Shown here: positions 14,001 to 24,726 of the stretch, piece by piece
Numbering within the stretch: position 1 is the stretch's first letter
Layout: the number at the start of each line of letters is the position of its first letter
Assembly (NCBI GenBank): GCA_021613535.1
Contig: CP075496.1
Span: forward strand, 7,316,001 to 7,380,000
DNA length: 64,000 nt
Source: Adineta vaga
Taxonomy: Eukaryota; Animalia; Rotifera
Reading direction: 5' to 3'
Position numbers and translations under genes: made by a program
The notes under the pieces: model-generated
Database searches by the model: none
Seen by the model: only the letters and a program-made list of their open reading frames with translations
Told to the model about the DNA's origin: nothing

Positions 14001-17000
14001 ATGAATAGTCTTTGTTAAGTTATAATTACTTTGAACAATTCATTTAATATCAATGGATATCGAACAATACGTTGAATAGGACGTAAGAGAAGAGCAGGTA
14101 TATCGAAAACATTAGGTTTCAAGAGACGAAGTTTACAAAGACCATCTTGAAGATATTGTTGAAGTTTTTCATCATTCGCATGCTAAAAATAAACACATCA
14201 GAATAGTTTTCATTCGAAATTTACAAAATGAATATGCAATTTACCTTACGTAAATAAGCATGTACCCATTCATGATTTCGACAATATTCTGCATAAACAT
14301 GTTTTAATTGATCGATTAAGCCGTTAAAAACTTGACCAATACAACAATGTGCATCATCACCTTGTTGATTTTTTGTATATTCATACTCAAGGAGATTAAG
14401 AAGTTGACGTGTAATGTCATGAATATCACGGATATTTCCAAACAGAAGAGTTTTATTCACACTATCAGGCTAAAGATTGAAATAAGAGAAGAAGAAGAAG
14501 AAGAATTCTTTATAAAGCAAAGAAAAAGATGCTTTACACATAGAATGGAATTTGGATTAAGAAAAGTTTCAATTAATAAATCAAGATCACGAAAATAATC
14601 TCGTTCAGTGGATAATAATTCACTGATAGCATGTTGACGACGACTATGAATAATACTGAAAAGAATAATAGATTGAAAACATATCACAGAGAATTTTTGT
14701 TCAATTTACTTTGTATCAGTTTTATCAACTTGATCATCGATCAATAATTGATCTAAACAAAAGGAAGATTCTGTTAGTTCTGATGAAAGAGAATGATTTA
14801 GTCGATTACCATGTAAATTTTGTAATTCTAAATCAAAAAAATCTGTTCTTGTAGATGAAGTTTCAATATCACAGCTATCATGTGTTGATATCGTTTCCAC
14901 TTGATTAAAGGTTTTATCAAACGGATTATTTATTCCACGATAGAAACTCTATAATAAACATAAGTTTAATGTAAATGTACTATAAAAGAAAGATTATGTA
15001 AGTTTTATTCACTTGCCTGCTGTTGTTCAGTTTTGATTTGTATTGGAGGCCTTGGTGCTGGTCGTGTTGGACCTTTCCATTGTGGAATTGAAGAAGAGAA
15101 TGTTGGCACAAACTGTGGTGGCGGAGGAGGTGGTGGCAGCTGTGGTCGAAGAGAAAGACGAGGTTTGACAGGTGGTGGTTCATCAAATGATGAAAGGGAA
15201 GATGTTGATGATGGTGTATGACAAACATTATGAAATGTTTTAGCTGCTGAAAAAATATATTGATTACTTGTTGAAAAACTATGTAAAGGTACAGATGTAT
15301 AAAATGATTGAACATCGAGAATATTATTATTATTATTTGAATTAATATGATTTGATATTATAGGACAAGGATATTGTTGAGAATAATCAATTTGTGACGA
15401 AGCATAAATAGTGGATGCTGGTGGTGGAGATGCAAAATGAGCTAAAATAAAGGAAAATTCAATGAAAAACAGATACGAAAATGTGACACATACATGGATG
15501 CCAAATAGAGGAATAGAAAGGAAATGTTGCCTGATGATAATATCGACAACAATAACAACAATCGACAAAAGTGTTCATTTTGTCGAAAAACAAAGGATTT
15601 CTTTTTATTTCGATCTCGATTTGCGTCGATGTATGTCTTAGAACTGAACAATATTACTATGTATTTTACTGGTAGGTAAATGCGAAGAAGAAAAAAAAAT
15701 GAGAGAATAAGAGAAAAAAGAGGAACCGTCCAGGAAGAAGGGAAGGCAAGCACGTTCGAATAGACCCAATGTAATCAACGGTAGGGTCAATACAAAAGAG
15801 AAAAGAAAAAAAAACGAAAGAATCCTCTGTACACATATAACCAACATATCATTCTTCAGTTTTTTTTTGTTTCTGTTCATTTTTCCTTTCTTTTATCGCA
15901 CTACAATAATCATGTTCATATTAATAGTTACAATTATTGCTAGAGACAAATTCAGACTAGCAAATTTTTGGAATAAGATGACGCAAGTTGAAGGCGTTCT
16001 TTTTTTTGAAAAATTTTGTTTATACAGTTCGATTATGTAATAGACATATTAAGGCAAATAATACTGTACATTTATCACCTACTTGTATATACTTTAAGTT
16101 AGAGACTTTCATTACGTATGATAGGAATGGAAGAAAAGAAAAGAAAAGAAAAGAACTGATTTGAACGTCCCACTCACATTTATATTTCTTTGGAAGACAA
16201 TCTCGAAAACATTTTAAACATGATAACGATAATTTTGTTTGATGACAACAGAAATTTTTGGTCAAATGTTTTTTTATTCGACGAATATAAGTTGAAGAAG
16301 TAGATAATGAATGTTGATTAGTTGAAGTTGAATGAATATTCGAAGGATAATATGATGTCGAATGAAGACTTAATTGTGAACAGTTGATATCCAAATTCAT
16401 ATTTGATTGAGTATTTTATTTCGATATATTACTGTTTTATTAAATGATAAATCTTCTTTTTTTTCAAAACTGATTGTTATTCTAATTCAACATTAATTAC
16501 AACTTGTGTTCAGACAAAGTAACGTGGTCAATGTTGGAATACGCGAAAGGTGAACGTATGAATGAGAAGACAGTCAGTCAGACAGACAGAGACAGCAAGA
16601 AAGAAAGAAAGAAAGAAAGTAAAAGAAAGAGAAAGAGAACAAAAAAAATTTAAGTAAAAGACAATGTGTACAATTTCACTAAGCTACTAGCTCATCCAAC
16701 CATCACTATATATGTACATATATACATTGAAATGAATGACCGATGTTCAAATAGGAAAAGAAAGGAAAGAAGAGAGTAACAGAGACAAACTGATTAGCAA
16801 TATGTGATAGTTTGATCTATTGTGTTTTTGTTTGCTTTATAGTGAAGGTCAAACTGGACACAATTTGTCGAATGGCACGTTTGATCTAACGTATTGATTC
16901 GTATGTCTACTAAGATGAATACGAAAGAAATACTGTATTTGTTATCAATGAAACAATTATCGTAATTTTTTTTTTATTAGAACAATATTCATTTGTATAG

Positions 17001-18340
17001 ATTTGGAGGGCGATCGTCAATAGACGCATTTGTTGTATAACAAAAACGAAATGTAACTGCTTAAGGCTATCAAATAATCAATAAAAGAAAGAAAGAAAGA
17101 AAGAATGACGAAGTATCGTCTTCTTGAAAAACGAAAGAAGAATAGCTTGAGGTAATTATTCGATAAGAAAAGGAAATTCTTTAAATTTACCTTCTTGTTT
17201 TATCAGATCTTTTGTTCGTAATTTTTCAAATTCTTGAGCAACAAGTTCTTGAATGGAATCAAGTCCATTCTTTTTTGGTTTAATCTCTTGATGCGATTTG
17301 ATATTTGGTACAATTAATAGATCATTTTGTTCATCATCGATTTGTTTATCATCAATTGGTTCGATGAACATTCGTTTAACACGGCCAATTGAATTAAATG
17401 CATTTTTAACAATTAACCATTCACTTTCATTGATATCACCTTCGATAATAGCAAGAATTTCATCTTCAAAACAACCTAATTCATTTGTTCCACTCGGTTT
17501 TATATCACAAATGACTCGAACAAATTTTACAGGATTGATATCGAATGATAACAGATCGTGTTGACTAGATGATACTTGACTTTTTTCTAATCGGAAAAAG
17601 AAGGAATGCATCTATACATAAATTATTCAAATGAAAATCCTACTTGTTTGATTAGAACTACTTGATTTATCTTTTATTAATGTTACAAATGTACTTGGAA
17701 AGATACCAACAGGTCGAAAACTAGTTCCAGGTAAATCAAATTGTAATGAACCACGAAACCAACCATTTGATAAATGTTCATGAACAACTAGAAGATCACC
17801 TACAAAACAAAACAGCAAATTTTGAATATACAATGAGAATAGCTAATTACCTCGACGAAATCGTAAATCTTCATGATGACTTGATTGATAATCTGTATGT
17901 GCAATATACAATGATTGATTATCATCAAGTTTTACTGTTGGAAGTTGGTGAACAAATTTACAAGGTACGAGTCCAGTTTGATTATTTAAACGACCTCGTA
18001 ACCAATTACTATCCACTTGTTCTACAACCTGAAATAATAATATTAGAAAAGAATTATTTGATCATTAATAGAGTCTACAAATGATAAAGCGTTTTGATGA
18101 GCGTCATGCCTGATTAATCATAAATCAAACAATAATCAATAGAAATCAGAAGAAAAAGAATTCTCACGAGTATTTCATGTTTTTGTTTTTACTAATTAGA
18201 ATTCTTGATCAAAATGAGTTCATGCAATTAAATCCAGCTGTTAGATTATATGAAATTACCTCAATAACATCATCTATTTGCAATTCAAGATCACCAATAA
18301 CACCTGTTTGATATGGATATATGACTTTAGCATAGCTCAT
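11085..18340 (-). CDS. DNMBP: Dynamin-binding protein/Tuba-like RhoGEF: 3xSH3 - Pro-rich - DH - BAR - 2xSH3
   Basis: ATG 18340 (MSYAKVIYPYQTGVIGDLELQIDDVIE|VVEQVDSNWLRGRLNNQTGLVPCKFV). DH motifs AISELLSTERDYFRDL, LFGNIRDI, LLRPIQRIVRYPLILN, INEYKRRKEI. BAR region KLISKRHDKLLDYD. Final SH3 ends WWYAEK...GYVPANYIQTA* at 11085. Confidence 0.85.
16178..16400 (-). CDS. Putative alternative first coding exon of the DNMBP-like gene
   Basis: ATG-initiated 74 codons plus 1 nt ending at a strong gtgagt donor. Phase 1 matches the acceptor at 15442 of the Pro-rich exon. Confidence 0.6.
16597..16620. repeat. (GAAA)n microsatellite (a second copy lies at about 17084-17104)
   Basis: Direct reading: aagaaagaaagaaagaaagaaag. 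Confidence 0.8.
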
Positions 18341-18358
18341 GAAGTATTTATTAACAAT

Positions 18359-18375
18359 CTACAAAAAGAAAATCA
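18359..18375 (-). promoter_or_regulatory. Splice acceptor (ttttctttttgtag) 18 nt upstream of the DNMBP ATG; candidate trans-splice site
   Basis: Polypyrimidine tract plus AG in a 124-bp spacer after the TRAPPC2 stop, with no strong donor in the spacer. Confidence 0.55.
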
Positions 18376-18464
18376 TTACATAAAAATAATATTGCTAATC
18401 ACAGATTTCAAAATCGATTTTTATAATTGTTATGAAACTTTTTCTTTTGTTTCTTTTTTTCGTC

Positions 18465-18899
18465 CTATAAAATCCATTTACGAGCAATTGTTTGAATTTT
18501 TTTATCAAAAGCTCCCGATCGAATAGGTTTATCGGGTACATAAAATGGATTAAGTAAAAGTTTGACGTATGTTTCATAAACTTCTGTAAGAAAATTTTTT
18601 AAACCATCTTCACCCGTACGTGGTAAATGTTCGTAAAGAAATAGAAATCGAAGACCACCAGCTGTGACATATGCTGAAACAATCCATTCATTAAATTTAT
18701 CAACTTGTTTTAAATATGTTGTTGTATTACGCCACATGGCTTCATCGACAAGATCAAGCGCAGCATGTGCAATAAATTGATTTAAATGACGATTATCGGT
18801 TGATGATGTGGTTTGTGCAGTTGATCCACTAAGTTCTACTTCATACACAACTTGATCAGCATGACCAACAATGACAAAATAATAATTCGATGATGTCAT
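18465..18899 (-). CDS. TRAPPC2: Sedlin / trafficking protein particle complex subunit 2 (intronless CDS)
   Basis: YYFVIVGH..., RHLNQFIAHAALDLVDE, YLKQVDKFNEWIVSAYVTAG, LLLNPFY..IRSGAFDKKI are sedlin hallmarks. Confidence 0.95.
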   Translation of the reverse strand: MTSSNYYFVIVGHADQVVYEVELSGSTAQTTSSTDNRHLNQFIAHAALDLVDEAMWRNTTTYLKQVDKFNEWIVSAYVTAGGLRFLFLYEHLPRTGEDGLKNFLTEVYETYVKLLLNPFYVPDKPIRSGAFDKKIQTIARKWIL

Positions 18900-18978
18900 C
18901 TGAATCTACAGAGAGAACAAAAAAGAAATGGGAAAATACGTTATTTGAAGGAAGGAACTGACAAAAATCATCTTTATT
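18900..18978 (-). promoter_or_regulatory. AATAAA (18978-18973) followed by a pyrimidine tract and tandem acceptors (tgtag/attcag) abutting the TRAPPC2 ATG
   Basis: Minus strand reads AATAAAgatg...tttcttttttgttctctctgtagattcagATG. Confidence 0.55.
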
Positions 18979-19062
18979 CTAACTATGAAGAACGTGAGGG
19001 TTTTGTTTATAGGATCAAAAAAAAAGAAGAAAATACGAATGGATAATTCAAAAAAATGTCTT

Positions 19063-19364
19063 TTAACCAGCACGTTTTTTGAGTAATTGCCATCGCATAG
19101 CAAAGAATGGAACAGCTACAGCTGATGATATATAGAGAATCAAGGTTGTTGCCAAACCCCATTTGCTATTTGCTACAAGAAAATGTTTATAAATTATTTC
19201 TGTCATTTATAAATTAAAAGTTTCTTACTGTTGAATGGAACATTGGAACCAGGTAAAGCTTCTTGATCCCAGTTGTCTTTCATACGCATGCGGGAACTTA
19301 AACTAAATTGTCGACGACCGACGACTTTTGGTACAAGAGCAAGACTTGGACGAAGTGATGCCAT
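19063..19364 (-). CDS. COX7C: Cytochrome c oxidase subunit VIIc (81 aa, 2 exons: 19364-19229 and 19172-19063)
   Basis: Spliced translation MASLRPSLALVPKVVGRRQFSLSSRMRMKDNWDQEALPGSNVPFNTNSKWGLATTLILYISSAVAVPFFAMRWQLLKKRAG*. It has a transit peptide and the PGxNxPF..KW..PF..R.QLLK signature; 56-bp GT-AG intron. Not in the ORF track. Confidence 0.9.
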
Positions 19365-19496
19365 TATTTATATCTAAAAAAATGATTTTTGCACATATAT
19401 TAATTAACATATACTGGCAGCAATTATTATATATGAAAAACAAAACAAATAAAAAAGAAAAGTTTTTAAAACAACACATAAAAACAAAATCATTCT

Positions 19497-21256
19497 CTAT
19501 TGAGATGATGAAGTATAATCATAACTTGAAGAAGGATTATGCATTTGTAATGATGGCGGAACAGATGCAAATCTAGGATCATAAGTTGAATTTTGAGTAT
19601 AACCATATTGTTGAGTTGAATGGGATCCTGAATTCCATGTGGTAGTATTTGTACTATTATTTCCATAATGAACACTATTGCCATACATTTGTGATGAATG
19701 TTGAGATGGACCATGTATTTGTGAAATTGTACCCGTTGGTTGTTGAGATGGATTCATTGGCCATTGTTGCTGATGCTGAGACCATGGTACATTAGATGGA
19801 TATGAATTATAATAGTGAGAATCTAAAAGTAATTATGATTTATCAAGATATGTCGACCGTTATGTTATTCTAAATATTACCATAAGTATTCGATGACCAT
19901 TGTTGTTGTTGTTGCCCTTGAACATTCGCTGAATATGATGCTGGTCGTTGTGTCATTTGTGGTCGATACTGTCCTTGTTGATAATGACCATAACTGGATG
20001 TTGAGACATGATTACTGTTTGTGTGCATCATAGGATAAACTTGTGATACTAACTGTGATGACGAAGTGGATGGAGTATGTTGTAATACAGGTGGTGTTAC
20101 TTGTGTTTGGACTGGTTGTGAAGATGGTATTTTAGATTCATTTATTTGTATCGTTGATGATGGAGTAGCTGTAGATTGAGAAGATGATATCTGAGATGCT
20201 TCACTTTGCAATTCTGGTAATAAAGTTTGTATGGAAGATGAGAGCGATGGTGTTGATTCTGATGTTAATATCTGTTGTGATGGAATTTCATTTATAGATT
20301 CATGTTTAGCTTTCGATGTGACTAACGTATCTGGTTGAGATATTGTCGTTGTGGACGTCGTTGAAAGTTGTGCTTGTGTAGTTGCTGGAATAGTTTGTTG
20401 TTGTTGTTGTATGAGAAGTTGTTTTTCTTTCTGTAATTTTTCCATTGCTTCATGTTTTTGTATAATTTCATTTATTTTCTCTTCACTTAAATCCGTCGCT
20501 GATGCTTGTTTATAATCATCATAGAAGTTCTCATTTTCTTCTAAGAATTTACGTTTTTTCTCTACATGTTTTTGTTCGAGTTCAGTAAAGTCTTTTTCAA
20601 ATGTTTCACAATGTTCCTTAAGTGCATGAGCTTGACGACGTAATGTTGATATACGATCAGCATTGACATTCAATCGCAAATCTGGTATGCATACTTCATT
20701 AAATACTTCTTGTAATAAACGTTGATTACGTTGAAAGCGTGCAGCAGCTATATGTCGCATTGAAAAACATATTTCATCTTCATTATCATCACCTACTGAT
20801 GGCTCTATTGCAAACGATGGATTGTCCGAAGAAATATTGTGACTTGATATACCAGAACGAAGATATGAAGAATTATGTTCGTCATGAATGTGAAGATTTT
20901 TCTCTAGAATAAAGAAGTTTCGTTATCTGACACTCCTAATAAAATATGAAAACGGAAATACCATGAAAACTGCGTGACATCGGCCACATTTTATGCATAT
21001 AACGAGATGCATATGGTATTGAATTGGATTTCTCATTTGAATTCATATTAACAGCAACTGGTTTCATAGGTCCCATTGACATACTTGTTCGCATAGTAGA
21101 AGACATATTCATATTCGAACCTATTGATGAATTTGATGAATGATTAAAAGACATCGAACCATTTCCGATTCGTTTCAAAGATGATGATGGTAATCGTGAA
21201 TTATATGCTGGTTGTCCATGAGATGAAACAAGGAATGATGCAGAATTTCGTGCCAT
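19497..21256 (-). CDS. SMARCE1: SMARCE1/BAF57-like SWI/SNF subunit with truncated HMG box
   Basis: FSMRHIAAARFQRNQRLLQEVFNE..PDLR...LRRQ...EQKHVEKKRKFLE matches the BAF57 NHRLI/coiled-coil region. Exons 21256-20962, 20903-19881 and 19822-19497 join in frame. Confidence 0.8.
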
Positions 21257-23775
21257 AAAGAACTTCAAGAATTGCTAAAAGTTATTTGGACAAATACAAT
21301 TCAAATAACACACACACAGCTGTAGACTTCGTCTCGCTAGTATCAATGTGCAAAAAACATCGCTTTTAGCGTTTGTGAAAATCATCCACCACGTACATTC
21401 TTCAACCAATAGTTTCCCAGTACTTTCACAGTACTTTCATAGAGGTCACTTCAATACAGTACATGAGATCGATAAAGACTATATATTCGATCGATTTATT
21501 TTCCAGATATAGGATCATTTTTATACATTTTCTTTGATTCTTTGCTTATTTGTTTCATTTCATAGCATTTCATCTTTGTCTTGTATTAAGAGCACTTTGT
21601 AGAATGTATTTACGAGCAGTAAATCCATGGATCTATTTGCGTACGGAATAGAAAAAAAATTGCGTATTTATTCCATCAGTCTTTTTATTTTTTTTCCACC
21701 GAACTATTTAAAATACTTGATACTGATGGTGTTATAAAGAATAAAAAGAAAAAGAGAATGACGGTGTTAAAATAGACAGATGTTGCTTAGAAAAACTTAA
21801 ACGGATTTTAAACGAAAGAAATGGCATGTCAGCATATATTATATATTGACGAAGTATACAGCTTGTTTTATATGTTTCATACCTAATATTGAGTTGTTGT
21901 TTCCTGTAAGTTTTCGATTAAGTTAATTATTTAGTGTTGTACTAACATGAAGAGCATTACCAACATCACAGGCATTTCTATCACGAAAGATAGCATGTTG
22001 AAATATTAACTACTAACATTTATTTTTTTCCTTTTTATTTCGTCTGAATATAATGATGATCGGCATCTGACTGAACGATGTCATTTGTGCTGCCTATATT
22101 CACTCTCTTTCTCTCTTCTTTTTTTTGTCTGTTATGCTATTGTTGTCACACGACGAATATAGAGTACAAATTCCCTATCAAAATTCTCAGGAGACTCATA
22201 AGCACAGTAAGTCGTAAGCGTCTATTTTCATTTTCATTTCTGTTTCATTCTACTGACGTTGACAAACAGTTCAGAATAAGAAAGAAATATCGAAGATGAA
22301 AAATAATATGAAGATTAATCGCATGATTGACTATACTTATTCCGTTTAGTTATATATGTATGTTTGTCTTTTGTTGACTTGTTACTAACTATAGACATGT
22401 ATGTGAGGTTGAATATGTTTAAAAATGAATAGCAAGCAAGATAGGTTAAGAGCGAGAAAAATGTTGACAGTACGAAAAGCTGAATTGCATGATTATGATT
22501 GATTGATTGATATATCGTATTGTGTGTAGATTAGTAACTGACGGTCGAATTAAATATGACAAAAGCAAGAGATAGAAACCAAAGAAACTAGAAGCAAAAC
22601 ACAGACCTCGATCAAAATATATATCAAATCATTATTTATATAAATATATGTACACACATATATGACTTTATACTCCTACTAATCCATCCTTGCATTCAAC
22701 CATTCATTCATCTAAAATACCATAGAAGCGTATGAAAAGAAATGAGTCTAGATTGTTTTTTTTTCATGCATATACATTCTCGTGATAGTTTGCTTGTACG
22801 ATCAGTCGTCTAATTCTATCCAATAACGATGATATTGTGTTGTTGTTGTTGTTGTTATCATTCGCTAAACATAGTAGTGACTATTATTTTTAACGCATTG
22901 ATAAACGCTAGCTATAGCGCATATTTTTTATCATATAATTAGAACATTAATCGAGATATTATCGGTGTAAAAGTGTTTATACACATAGAAAGAATGTCGA
23001 ATTTCATGTCAACGAGTAGAACTTTGCCCTTTGATCAATTCTCGTTGTTTGATGTATTTATATAGAATACTATCAGTAAAAACACAAAAAAGAACTCGAA
23101 TGTCTCGCTTCCTTATTGATTTGTTTGTTCGATAACAAACAGATGTGACACTCTTGTTTTGATCACAAATTACTACTGTTTATGCTGTTTCTAGTACGAT
23201 TATTTTTTGTAATTATTCATTTGTAATTGTTTATATATATATATACATTTGTATGTTAATTCGAATAATTATTCATGATATACATTATGATTGATTCTGA
23301 ATTATATGCATAGATACATGCACTTGACTTCGCTTGTTGACGACAACGCGTAATGCCTTAATACGCGTTCAACAACCAAACTTATCTTTAAGCGTCGAGA
23401 ACTACTAGCACCACTCGATTGTAGTGAATGACGAGTTTATAGGATAACAGAAACGACCAAAAAGAGGAAAAAAACGAAGAAAAATGAAGAGAAAAACTCA
23501 CAAGAACAAGAAGAAATCAGTTCGCTCGCTTGCTTTGGTTGAGCATTCGGTGACGAGAATGACTTGAGCGATAGAATGAATGAGAAGAGAGAGAGAGAGA
23601 GTAGGCACATGTGGCTTGAAGGTTGTCGTGTTTGGCGAGACGACGAAGATGCTAGATATAGTAGTAACTACAGCAGTAGTAGCAGAGAAAAAAAATGAGA
23701 CTACCGGAAAATAATCATAATGGAGCACACATACACAAAGGTCTCTGCAGTTCTTCTTTATGACGTGCGCCTGAT

Positions 23776-23794
23776 GCACACACACACACACACA
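23776..23794. repeat. (CA)n microsatellite upstream of Kv4
   Basis: cacacacacacacacaca read directly. Confidence 0.8.
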
Positions 23795-24726
23795 TAACAT
23801 TGATTGAGATATCTCATTGCTTTTTCTCTCTAAACGACGAGTTCTTTCTCTGTCTCTCTTCGCGTTAGATCGTCGTCACGATGTTCTATGTTTTACATAG
23901 TTTTCTTTGTGTGCTGTTGTTAGCAGTCTTAGCACCGCTCTTAATTAAGACTCACCGAGACGGTAGTAAAATTCTTCATCTTTCTCTTCTCCATTGTTCT
24001 TCTTCGTTTTGCCTTTTTTTTCTAAATTCTATTGTCCGTTACTAACAGTCAGTTGACTTGAACAACAACGATGATCTTCATTATACACATCAATAGATTT
24101 CATGTTCTCTTTTTCATTTATTAATTTCAACCGTCTACCTATATTCAACTATTTTCCTTTCTCAATAGATATATACATATATATATATATATATATTATT
24201 ACCAACGACAGAATGTTTAAAGCCAACAACCATCTGGTTCTCTATTGTCCCAGTTCAAGTTAATGTTCTATCAAAAAGAGACAATCAGCAAAGCAAGTTA
24301 TCAACACGCCGTGCATTGTTACAAGTAAAATAGTGAAGTGCGCAAAGGCGCACAGTAGGTTTGTATTGTTAATTAGCAAATATCAATATTATTATTCTCG
24401 ATCTTGTTTCTTTCTTCTTCTCCTTCTTCATCAACATCATCGTCGCCGGCTTTTGCTTCTTCGTCTTTTCTTCCTTTCTTTCTCATTTTCGCTTACTTCT
24501 ACACGATTAATATTAGTTGCAAAGAAAATTAATGGGTATCAAAAAAAAGGGACATATCTAGCGAAGAAAAAAAAAATAAAGGAAACAACTTAGAAGAGAA
24601 AGAGAAAGAAAACTAGTCATCCTATTCAATAAATTAATTAATGGAGAAGAAAACCTGATTAAAGATAAATCGAATAAAGAAAACTTATTTATAGGTTAAT
24701 TAAAGGAAGACGACTAATCGACGATA

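Noticed and set aside
21300-24700. Short ORFs and microsatellites upstream of Kv4
   Set aside because: Low-complexity F/L/K-rich translations with no recognisable domain; consistent with regulatory or UTR DNA.
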